Shown here: piece after piece, positions 40,540 to 47,865 of the stretch
Position numbering within the stretch: position 1 is the stretch's first letter
How the letters are laid out: every line of letters begins with the position of its first letter
From: a virus
Taxonomy: Duplodnaviria; Heunggongvirae; Uroviricota; Caudoviricetes
Virus record (IMG/VR): IMGVR_UViG_3300046000_008568
Location: 30,501 to 94,500 of that record
Length of the DNA: 64,000 nucleotides
Strand: one strand, 5' to 3'
Notes under the pieces: generated by a model
Told to the model about the DNA's origin: nothing
What the model saw: the letters and a program-made list of their open reading frames with translations, nothing else
Database searches by the model: none
Position numbers and translations under genes: made by a program

Positions 40540-40686
40540 ATGATTGAGATCATAAAACATAGTTTAGGATTATGTGGTGAAGGTCATGTTAGTCTTTTAA
40601 ATTGTTCTCCATTTATAGTTGGAGGAATTGGATATTTTACGTACATTAAATCAAAATTAAAATTAAAGTTATGGAAAAAGAATTAA
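40540..40686 (+). CDS. Small putative membrane peptide (48 aa)
   Basis: MIEIIKHSLGLCGEGHVSLLNCSPFIVGGIGYFTYIKSKLKLKLWKKN. Confidence 0.4.
   Translation: MIEIIKHSLGLCGEGHVSLLNCSPFIVGGIGYFTYIKSKLKLKLWKKN
40618..40649 (+). promoter_or_regulatory. Bacteroidota-type promoter (GTTG-N20-TACATTAA)
   Basis: 20-nt spacer; one mismatch in the -7 box. Confidence 0.45.
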
Positions 40687-40898
40687 AACCTTACATGATG
40701 TCTTTGTTTGAATATCTAGGTTATGCCGCTGGTACTGAAACAGGAAAAGAAGTGTATAGCACTGCAAATAAATTGCGCGAAACTATTAGCACTCACAACA
40801 TTTCTAATCCTAAATACACGGGAAAAGTAATGTTATATCGTAGAGAATTTCTAGATGAATATTTTGGAAATAAAGTATACGAAGGAGAGAAAAAATAA
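40671..40898 (+). CDS. Hypothetical protein
   Basis: 75 aa; GTTATG start. Confidence 0.6.
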   Translation: MEKELKPYMMSLFEYLGYAAGTETGKEVYSTANKLRETISTHNISNPKYTGKVMLYRREFLDEYFGNKVYEGEKK

Positions 40899-40949
40899 TA
40901 ACGTTTGCCTATACGTTTCAAATACCTGGCACAAATTAAATTATAAATT

Positions 40950-41873
40950 ATGTCTAAAAATCATGTAGTGGTTTCACTTTCAGGTGGAATGGATAGTAGC
41001 ACATTGTTACTACGTTGTTTAAAAGAATACTCATCTGTTACGGCCATAAGCTTTGACTATGGTCAAAAACACAGAGTAGAGCTAGAGAGAGCTCAATCGT
41101 TGGTAGATTATTTAAACGGTGCTATTAATGTTTCAACATTTGAACCTATTAAAGTAAACTATCGTCAAATCAAACTAGACGGATTAGTTGATCTACTAGA
41201 TTCAGCATTAGTAACAGGAGGTAAAGATGTACCAGAAGGTCATTACGAGCAAGACAATATGAAAGAAACAGTTGTTCCTAACAGAAACAAAATGTTTGCT
41301 TCTATTGCTCAAGCAGTAGCTTTATCCATTGCAAACCGTACAGAAGAGACTTGTGACATTGCTTTAGGTATTCACGCAGGTGATCATGCAATTTATCCTG
41401 ATTGTAGACAAGAATTTAGAGATGCAGATGATGCAGCCTTTAGAATTGGAAACTGGGATGCAGAAAGAGTAAATTATTTCTCACCTTATCTTCAAGGAGA
41501 TAAATTTGATATCTTAAAAGATGGAGAAGTATTATGTAAAGAGTTGGGATTAAATTTTGATGAAGTTTATTCAAGAACTAATACTTCGTATAAGCCAATT
41601 AAAATAGTAACTAGTGGATTTATACAGACATCCCCAGAAAATACAAACTGGACTTCACCTGTAGTGACTTGGTACTCAGATTATAAATCAGCATCTTCAG
41701 TTGAAAGAATAGAAGCATTTATCAAACTAGGAAGAAAAGATCCAGTTGCTTATGCAGACGAAACAGGACCAGTAACATGGGAGACTGCAAGAGATGCAGT
41801 TCAAAAAGTATTAACAGAACATAACCAACCCCAAACTGATGGTGTTAAGTGGACTGAAACAAGAACTTACTAA
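40950..41873 (+). CDS. queC: 7-cyano-7-deazaguanine synthase (variant lacking the Zn-binding Cys motif)
   Basis: SLSGGMDS, FDYGQKH, TVVPNRN, HAGDHAIYPDCR. Confidence 0.9.
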   Translation: MSKNHVVVSLSGGMDSSTLLLRCLKEYSSVTAISFDYGQKHRVELERAQSLVDYLNGAINVSTFEPIKVNYRQIKLDGLVDLLDSALVTGGKDVPEGHYEQDNMKETVVPNRNKMFASIAQAVALSIANRTEETCDIALGIHAGDHAIYPDCRQEFRDADDAAFRIGNWDAERVNYFSPYLQGDKFDILKDGEVLCKELGLNFDEVYSRTNTSYKPIKIVTSGFIQTSPENTNWTSPVVTWYSDYKSASSVERIEAFIKLGRKDPVAYADETGPVTWETARDAVQKVLTEHNQPQTDGVKWTETRTY

Positions 41874-41878
41874 AAAAA

Positions 41879-41910
41879 GTAGGATATTAAAAAATAAGTT
41901 CGTATATTTA
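41879..41910 (+). promoter_or_regulatory. Bacteroidota-type promoter (GTAG-N20-TATATTTA) heading the RNA operon
   Basis: 20-nt spacer; same TTCGTATATTTA context as 40357-40368. Confidence 0.55.
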
Positions 41911-41935
41911 AGTATAGAAATTAATAAAAACAAAA

Positions 41936-42097
41936 ATGAAAAAAGTATTTTTAACATTAGCCTTAGTGGCTTTAGTGGCAGTAAGTTGTAACAAGGTGAC
42001 TCCGTCATCTAAATTAACAACAGTAGATTCAACAAAAGTACAAGTCGATTCAGTAAGTATTGACTCAACTTCAATTGATACTACAGCTGTAAAATAA
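41936..42097 (+). CDS. Small lipoprotein (53 aa) with D-S/T repeats; absent from ORF track
   Basis: MKKVFLTLALVALVAVS-C signal/lipobox; DST, DSV, DST, DTT motifs. Confidence 0.8.
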   Translation: MKKVFLTLALVALVAVSCNKVTPSSKLTTVDSTKVQVDSVSIDSTSIDTTAVK

Positions 42098-42120
42098 AAC
42101 ACACCCCAGTAGATAGGTCC

Positions 42121-42381
42121 GCCAAGAAAGTCTTTAAACAACGTGGGAACTGCGGCTCTCCCAATGTGGCTGGAATGTTTTATAAAATAGTCACCCTACT
42201 CTTATAATAAGGGAATCAGTGTAGATAAACAATGCACGATTATAGGAAAGAGGGTGCTAAAAAATTACCAATGCTCGCTGTTAATTGAGAAGTAGAGTGT
42301 ATTAATTTCCGAACAAGGGTTTATAGTAGGAAGGCGTCACTTATTGCACTCAATCAGAAACCCTGAAAGACCAAGGTTGGT
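42121..42381 (+). ncRNA. Candidate ~260-nt multi-branched structured RNA, family unknown
   Basis: No long + strand ORF; GC above typical spacers; end-to-end pairings GCCAA/TTGGT and GTCTTT/AAAGAC plus four internal arms found by eye. Confidence 0.5.
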
Positions 42382-42388
42382 AAAAAAA

Positions 42389-42476
42389 GAATCGGTTAGT
42401 GTCAACGGGAAAGTTCCTGCTAGGGTTAACATGGACGATAAGTCTGGATGAGGGTTCGAATCCCTCACCGATTCCA
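42389..42476 (+). tRNA. Atypical tRNA-like RNA (no canonical anticodon arm)
   Basis: 8-bp acceptor GAATCGGT/ACCGATTC; perfect T-arm GAGGG-TTCGAAT-CCCTC; U8-A9 connector; non-canonical middle. Confidence 0.65.
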
Positions 42477-42502
42477 AAATAAATTATTATTTATTACAAA
42501 AC

Positions 42503-42859
42503 GGGGGTGCCTGGTTTTGACAGATTACAACTAATTAATACAATCAGCCAGAGAGATAACTGTAAACTAAGGTGAATTTAATTAAATGGCAAAAACACAA
42601 ACGGTGTAGTATCTCAAGGAGACAACGCACAAATCGAAGCTAACATGAACACAGTATTCTCTTTATTGAGAAACGAAGTATTGGCAGCAGCCTAAATTAC
42701 CCAAGATTTCTCTATTAGATTAAATAGAGTGGTGGTTTCGCTAACTTAACAGTTGGCCCCAGTTGAATGATACTCCAACTTTAAAACCGTATCAAATAAG
42801 CTGTATAAATTGTATTGACTAACGCAGTCTGGACGGGAGTTCGAATCTCCCCACCTCCA
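42503..42859 (+). ncRNA. ssrA: tmRNA
   Basis: GGGGGTG/CACCTCC-A acceptor with G3.U70; GGTTTTGACAG 5' motif; T-arm GGGAG-TTCGAAT-CTCCC; tag ORF 42588-42695 ending LAAA*. Confidence 0.93.
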
Positions 42860-42887
42860 CTAATTTTTTAACTCTAAATTAATCGTT

Positions 42888-43106
42888 ATGGCAAAAACCA
42901 AACTAAATCGCACGGCAAAGCTAGCATTTTACAATGCTCGCGAGCGTAAAGACGACACAAATCGTTTAGCAGAAACTACAGGTTTCACAACTCGTTTCAT
43001 CAATTATGTAAAAAAAGGTGAAAGAAAAGTAAATGATTCATTAGCTGATGCTATGTACACTCTTTCTCGAAGACGTGCAAAAAACAGCGCAGTATCTGCG
43101 AATTAA
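42888..43106 (+). CDS. Small basic HTH-like DNA-binding protein
   Basis: 72 aa, RLAETTGFTTRFINYVKKGER resembles an XRE-type HTH. Confidence 0.5.
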   Translation: MAKTKLNRTAKLAFYNARERKDDTNRLAETTGFTTRFINYVKKGERKVNDSLADAMYTLSRRRAKNSAVSAN

Positions 43107-43119
43107 TCAATCCAAATAT

Positions 43120-43140
43120 GCCCCTCACCAGAGGGGCTAT
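43120..43140 (+). terminator. Hairpin terminator
   Basis: GCCCCTC-ACCA-GAGGGGC followed by an A/T tract. Confidence 0.6.
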
Positions 43141-43161
43141 ATTAATTAAAACTATTAAAAT

Positions 43162-43398
43162 ATGGACGAATTTTTAGAGTTTCCAGAGTTAACAGATGAC
43201 GAAATAGATCAAGTAATGACTGAATTTTTTGAATGGGATAGGTTGCAAGATTATGATTTTGTAAATGAATTTGACGATTTTATTTATGTTTCATATGATG
43301 AAGTTTTAAATAATCCTAATGATACTGAATTAGGTGCCTTAATTAGGAAAAGATACGTAGAAGCTCAAAATAAATTAAAAGAAAGTCCCTCATTGTAG
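43162..43398 (+). CDS. Acidic hypothetical protein
   Basis: 78 aa D/E-rich. Confidence 0.55.
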   Translation: MDEFLEFPELTDDEIDQVMTEFFEWDRLQDYDFVNEFDDFIYVSYDEVLNNPNDTELGALIRKRYVEAQNKLKESPSL

Positions 43399-43406
43399 GG
43401 ACTTTT
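43382..43406 (+). terminator. Rho-independent terminator
   Basis: AAAGTCCCT-CATTGT-AGGGACTTT-T. Confidence 0.8.
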
Positions 43407-43407
43407 G

Positions 43408-43415
43408 ATATTTAT
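43408..43415 (+). promoter_or_regulatory. ATATTTAT putative late-promoter motif
   Basis: Heads the lysis cassette. Confidence 0.45.
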
Positions 43416-43486
43416 TACAAATAATGTCTATGAAAAATATGTTTTGCCAAGTAAGTTATATATTCATTAATTTAATAAAATATATT

Positions 43487-43732
43487 ATGGCATTTAAAGA
43501 CATTTTTAAAAAATCAAACGACTACAATGAAAAAACTGTAGTAGGCTTCATATCATTTGCAGTAATGACAATAGTGATGATTGTAGATCTTGTAACTGGG
43601 TTCATGGGTCAACACCTCCCACTAAATGAATATGTATTTAATGCATTTATGTATATTACATTAGGATCATTCGGTATTGCCGGATTAGAAAAATTTGCAT
43701 CAACAGATAAGCAAAAGGAGCAGGATGTTTAG
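43487..43732 (+). CDS. Two-TM membrane protein (holin/antiholin-like)
   Basis: Two hydrophobic helices; start at MAFKD is more plausible than 43424. Confidence 0.55.
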   Translation: MAFKDIFKKSNDYNEKTVVGFISFAVMTIVMIVDLVTGFMGQHLPLNEYVFNAFMYITLGSFGIAGLEKFASTDKQKEQDV

Positions 43733-44045
43733 TGAAGGTGGAATAGTAATGATTGCAGGAATCCTATTAGGATTAGGTGTAATAGGTGGATCAGTTTATT
43801 ATGTTAATAAAATGTTTGCCACACATACTCAGGAAATCCTAGTTCGTTTTATTTTATTAATATTTACCTCATTAGTTGCATTATTTATTGTTGATAAAGT
43901 AATTGCTTGGCAGGTTAAATTATTAAGTGAGGAACAAAATTCTCAACTATTTGATTTAATTAAAACCTTGGTTCTTATGATTTTTTCTTATTACTTTGGA
44001 ACTAAAGAAGGTGTAGAAACTAATGGAGACCCTAATAAAAAATAA
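43725..44045 (+). CDS. Three-TM membrane protein (holin-like)
   Basis: Hydrophobic helices; IFSYYFGT motif; ATG overlaps upstream stop. Confidence 0.55.
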   Translation: MFSEGGIVMIAGILLGLGVIGGSVYYVNKMFATHTQEILVRFILLIFTSLVALFIVDKVIAWQVKLLSEEQNSQLFDLIKTLVLMIFSYYFGTKEGVETNGDPNKK

Positions 44046-44058
44046 ATATAGATAAGCT

Positions 44059-44670
44059 ATGAGTTTAAAAAGTTTACAAGCTAAAATAGGAGTAACAGCA
44101 GATGGAGTATTCGGTCCTGGTACAATAAAAAAAGCAATGGAGTTTTATAAATTAACTCCGGTTAGAGCAGCACACTTCTTTGCTCAAACAGCTCATGAAA
44201 CAGGTGATTATAAATTATTTGCTGAAAATCTTAACTACTCTACTCAGGGGCTTCAAAACATATTTAAAAAATACTTTCCAGGTAATCTAAGTGACTTATA
44301 TGCTCGTAATCCTGAAAAAATAGCTAATAGAGTTTATGCTTCTAGAATGGGTAATGGGGATGAGAAATCAGGAGATGGGTGGAAATATAGAGGTAGAGGT
44401 GCTCTTCAATTAACTGGAAAAGATAATTATGCTGCCTTTGCTAAATATTTACAAAAACCAGAAATTATGACTACTCCTGATTTAGTAGCTACAGAATATT
44501 CATTTGAATCAGCAATGTTCTTCTTTGATAAAAACAAATTATGGTTAATATGTGATCAAGGAATTAACGATGCCGCTATATTAGCATTAACAAAAAGAAT
44601 TAATGGTGGTACTCATGGATTAGAAGACCGACAAGAAAAAACTAAAAAATATTACCAATACATTAAATAA
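44059..44670 (+). CDS. GH19 endolysin with N-terminal peptidoglycan-binding segment
   Basis: ADGVFGPGT; FFAQTAHETG; YRGRGALQLTGKDNY; INGGTHGLEDR. Confidence 0.9.
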   Translation: MSLKSLQAKIGVTADGVFGPGTIKKAMEFYKLTPVRAAHFFAQTAHETGDYKLFAENLNYSTQGLQNIFKKYFPGNLSDLYARNPEKIANRVYASRMGNGDEKSGDGWKYRGRGALQLTGKDNYAAFAKYLQKPEIMTTPDLVATEYSFESAMFFFDKNKLWLICDQGINDAAILALTKRINGGTHGLEDRQEKTKKYYQYIK

Positions 44671-44681
44671 GTTGCTATAAG

Positions 44682-45107
44682 ATGAAAACATCACTATTAA
44701 TTACATTATCATTGACAACAGCATTAGCATTTATAGGTACATATTTTATGCATCTAACAGCAGATAATATAGATCAATTCCTAGCAGTAGGTTTAATTGT
44801 ATTTATTGATGGTTTTTTTGGAGTATGGGCAGGAGTAAAAAGAGAAGGTTTTCAAACTTGTAAAGCAATTAAAGTATTAAAAACATTTGGTTTTTGGATG
44901 GTAATGCTAGCAGCTATCTTATCAATAGAAAAAGGATTTACTGGGACTTCTTGGTTAAGTGAAACAATTATAGCCCCTTTTATGATATTCCAGCTAATTT
45001 CTATATTAAAAAATGCTTCTATGGTAGGTATAGTTAAAAATGAATTAGTTACACAAATATTAGATAGATTAGATAAACATAAAGGAGATAGAGAAATAAA
45101 TGGATAA
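44682..45107 (+). CDS. Holin (toxin-secretion/phage lysis holin-like)
   Basis: Multi-TM; FQLISILKNASMVG. Confidence 0.65.
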   Translation: MKTSLLITLSLTTALAFIGTYFMHLTADNIDQFLAVGLIVFIDGFFGVWAGVKREGFQTCKAIKVLKTFGFWMVMLAAILSIEKGFTGTSWLSETIIAPFMIFQLISILKNASMVGIVKNELVTQILDRLDKHKGDREING

Positions 45108-45738
45108 AGTTAAAAATTTTATATTAGGATTAGATTTCAAATCAATTTTAATAATAGGGTTAATTATATTAATACTGCTAATGAGAATGTGTTCTGGAGG
45201 AGATCAAAGTTCTCACCCAATAATTAAAGTAGATGGAAAAAAATATGAACTGTTAAAACATACTATTGATACTGTTACAGTTATAAAAACTAAAGTAGAA
45301 TACCGTCCAGGAAAAACAATCTTTAAAGATCCCCCAATCTATATAACACCACCAACACAAATAGATTCATTAGCTGTAGTTAAAGAATACTACTCTAAAA
45401 TAGTATATAAAGATACTTTAAACTTAGATGAAGATGGAGGAACAATTGCTATAACTGATACAGTTTCTCAAAATAAAATTATAGGTAGATTATGGAGTGC
45501 TTCAATAAAGCAAAAAACAATTCATGATGTCACTATTGTAAAAGAATTACCTAAGACACAAGTATACATTGGTGGTACTGCTGGGTTTGATGAAGATAAC
45601 ATTGTAAATTTTGTAGGACCATCATTACTATTAAAAACAAAACAAGATCGTGTTTATTCTTTAGGAGTAGGATACGGAACAGATAAAAATGTTTCTATAC
45701 AAGCTGGTATTTATTGGAAAATAAAATTAGGAAAATAA
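45100..45738 (+). CDS. Membrane-anchored spanin-like protein with C-terminal beta strands
   Basis: N-terminal TM; ends YSLGVGY..SIQAGIYWKIKLGK; last gene of lysis cassette. Confidence 0.45.
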   Translation: MDKVKNFILGLDFKSILIIGLIILILLMRMCSGGDQSSHPIIKVDGKKYELLKHTIDTVTVIKTKVEYRPGKTIFKDPPIYITPPTQIDSLAVVKEYYSKIVYKDTLNLDEDGGTIAITDTVSQNKIIGRLWSASIKQKTIHDVTIVKELPKTQVYIGGTAGFDEDNIVNFVGPSLLLKTKQDRVYSLGVGYGTDKNVSIQAGIYWKIKLGK

Positions 45739-45760
45739 AATTAAAAAACTTTATTAATAT

Positions 45761-45794
45761 AGGTTGGATTTCGTCCAACCTTTTATTATCTTTA
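45761..45794 (+). terminator. Terminator hairpin overlapping a promoter (GTTG-N20-TATCTTTA)
   Basis: AGGTTGGA-TTTCG-TCCAACCT-TTT; -33 box inside the stem, -7 box at 45787-94. Confidence 0.65.
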
Positions 45795-45807
45795 TAAAAA
45801 ATAGTTT

Positions 45808-46581
45808 ATGAAAAGAATAGAAGATTATAACAAAACACTTCCCATTGTAGAGCTTTATACAGCGGTACAGTCAGAAGGAAGTAGAGCAGGTTATCCAACC
45901 GTAGTAATCAGAACAACAGGCTGTACTCACAGATGTTATTTTGGTGAAGGTGGATGGTGCGATTCTTGGTACACAAGTATACATCCTGAGAAAGGACACA
46001 TTACTTTCCAAGACATTATTAACATGTATGATGCAAATCCTCACATCACAGAGATGATGTTAACAGGAGGATCACCTACAATGCATCCAGCATTAGTAAA
46101 CGAATTAACACATTTTGCACATGAAAGAAATATTTTCATTACAATTGAGACCGAAGGAAGTCATTTTCTTGAAACGGATTACCCAATTAATCTATTATCA
46201 ATCTCCCCTAAGTTCAGTAATTCAGTCCCTAAGATTGGCGTACTTACACCTCAAGGAGTCGTTACAGATGAAAAAATGATTAAACAGCATAACAAGCTAA
46301 GACTTAATTATGATGCAATTTCTAAATCAATTGCTTACCATTCTGACTATCATTTAAAACCAGTATGGGATGGAGAGGATCAAGAAGCATTAAAAGAAAT
46401 AATGGGATGTATTAAGATACTAGACATACCACAAGACAAAGTTTGGTTTATGCCAGCAGGAGATTCAAGAGAAGCTTTATTCAAATCATATCCTAAAATG
46501 TTTGACTGGGTGAGAGATAATGGTTATAGATTGACCTGGAGACCTCACATTATTGCATTTGAAGATCAAAGAGAAGTATAA
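45808..46581 (+). CDS. queE: 7-carboxy-7-deazaguanine synthase (radical SAM)
   Basis: VQSEGSRAGYPTVVIRTTGC, CxxxCx7C, LTGGSP, IETEGS, ISPK. Confidence 0.88.
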   Translation: MKRIEDYNKTLPIVELYTAVQSEGSRAGYPTVVIRTTGCTHRCYFGEGGWCDSWYTSIHPEKGHITFQDIINMYDANPHITEMMLTGGSPTMHPALVNELTHFAHERNIFITIETEGSHFLETDYPINLLSISPKFSNSVPKIGVLTPQGVVTDEKMIKQHNKLRLNYDAISKSIAYHSDYHLKPVWDGEDQEALKEIMGCIKILDIPQDKVWFMPAGDSREALFKSYPKMFDWVRDNGYRLTWRPHIIAFEDQREV

Positions 46582-46796
46582 TGATACTACAAGAAGCAAA
46601 AATTACTGAAGTGGATTTATTAAATTCACTTTGGTGGCTGTGGTGTAATAATAAGATAGGATCTACTAATATAGAACTTTGTATAGAAGACTTGGATCTT
46701 GAAATAGAATTTATTACATTTAGCGGGTACAAATTTACAAGTAAAGATAAAAAAACAACTTATTCTTATGACAGAAAACAGAAAGAAAATTCATAA
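46581..46796 (+). CDS. Possible small protein (doubtful)
   Basis: TAATG-coupled to queE but contains a complete promoter and overlaps folE. Confidence 0.25.
   Translation: MILQEAKITEVDLLNSLWWLWCNNKIGSTNIELCIEDLDLEIEFITFSGYKFTSKDKKTTYSYDRKQKENS
46691..46722 (+). promoter_or_regulatory. Bacteroidota-type promoter for folE (CTTG-N20-TACATTTA)
   Basis: Exact 20-nt spacer. Confidence 0.6.
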
Positions 46797-47463
46797 TGAT
46801 CTAGAAGTAGTTCAAGAAGGATTTGCCAATGGTGTTGCACCTGGTTTTCCTTTAGATGACAAAGCTAAAGCTAAAATGATTGAGAAAGCAGCTAAAGCTT
46901 ATGGTCAATTTTTAACAGCATTAGGTTGCGATTGGGAAAATGATCCCAATAGCGACAACACTCCAAACAGAGTAGCTAAAGCATATGTTAATGATTTATG
47001 GAAAGGTAGATATACAGCAATGTCTGAAATTACTTCATTCCCTTCTGATGGTTACGATGGTATTGTAATTGAAAGAAATATTCCATTAACTTCAATGTGT
47101 TCACATCATCACCAAACAATTGGAGGAGTAGTTCATATTGGTTATGTAGTAGGTGAAAATGGTAGAGTAATTGGTTTATCTAAACTAAATAGAATAGTTG
47201 AACTATTCGGTAGAAGAGGAGCAATACAAGAACAATTAACATCAGCTATTCACAATGCAGTAAATAAAATTTGTGAAAACAATAGAGGTGTAATTGTAAC
47301 TGTAGTAGGTACTCACAACTGTGTTTCTTGTAGAGGAGTTAGACATCAAGGTGCTTCAATGGTTACAACTAAAGCAACAGGTGTGTTTATGGAAAATGGG
47401 AATTTAGCTCGTGAAGAGTTCTTCGATTCAATCAAAATTAATAACGGTAATCACCCAGTATAA
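46768..47463 (+). CDS. folE: GTP cyclohydrolase I
   Basis: TPNRVAK, SMCSHHH, GLSKLNR, IQEQLT, HNCVSCRG. Confidence 0.95.
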   Translation: MTENRKKIHNDLEVVQEGFANGVAPGFPLDDKAKAKMIEKAAKAYGQFLTALGCDWENDPNSDNTPNRVAKAYVNDLWKGRYTAMSEITSFPSDGYDGIVIERNIPLTSMCSHHHQTIGGVVHIGYVVGENGRVIGLSKLNRIVELFGRRGAIQEQLTSAIHNAVNKICENNRGVIVTVVGTHNCVSCRGVRHQGASMVTTKATGVFMENGNLAREEFFDSIKINNGNHPV

Positions 47464-47858
47464 TGTTAAAAGTAGGAAACAAAATTTATTTAAGTTGGGA
47501 CGATGTTCAAGGACTAGTTGATAAACTATGTGAAAAAATTATTACTGAACTTCCTAATATTGATTCAATTTATGGTATTAGACGTGGCGGATTAATTCCC
47601 GCAGTAATGGTATCGCATAAACTAGATTTACCTTGGACATATGTAATGTTACCTAATACACTAGTTATAGATGATATTGCTGATACTGGGGAAACATTAA
47701 AAAATACAGTAGGTTGTCATACCGCCGTATTGCATTATAAACCTCACACTTCATGTCATATACCTAACTTATGGGCGTACGTACATGAAGGAGATGAATG
47801 GATTATTTATCCATGGGAAAGAAAAGATTCACAACCAATACAAGATTACAAAATTTAA
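47463..47858 (+). CDS. Type I phosphoribosyltransferase (Gpt/XGPRT-like)
   Basis: LSWDDV, GIRRGGLIP, LVIDDIADTGETL. Confidence 0.85.
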   Translation: MLKVGNKIYLSWDDVQGLVDKLCEKIITELPNIDSIYGIRRGGLIPAVMVSHKLDLPWTYVMLPNTLVIDDIADTGETLKNTVGCHTAVLHYKPHTSCHIPNLWAYVHEGDEWIIYPWERKDSQPIQDYKI

Positions 47859-47865
47859 TATAGTT

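Noticed and set aside
42113-42130. SRP (4.5S) RNA because of AGGTCCG..CCAAG
   Set aside because: The GGAAGGAAGCAG helix-8 core is missing
41908-42141. Minus-strand 77-aa ORF
   Set aside because: Antisense shadow of the + strand lipoprotein with a clear lipobox
42110-42381. RNase P RNA (AAGAAAGTC and CAGAAACCC resemble conserved regions)
   Set aside because: The required P4 partner (...GCTTA) is absent and the motif resemblance is partial; kept only as an unknown ncRNA
42415-42425. Amber-suppressor tRNA (CTA in the loop)
   Set aside because: CTA is not in a 7-nt loop with U33; genes end normally in TAA/TAG/TGA
47785-47865. Extended N-terminus of the MazG-like ORF as given in the track
   Set aside because: It overlaps the PRTase; GTTATG at 47866 is the better start
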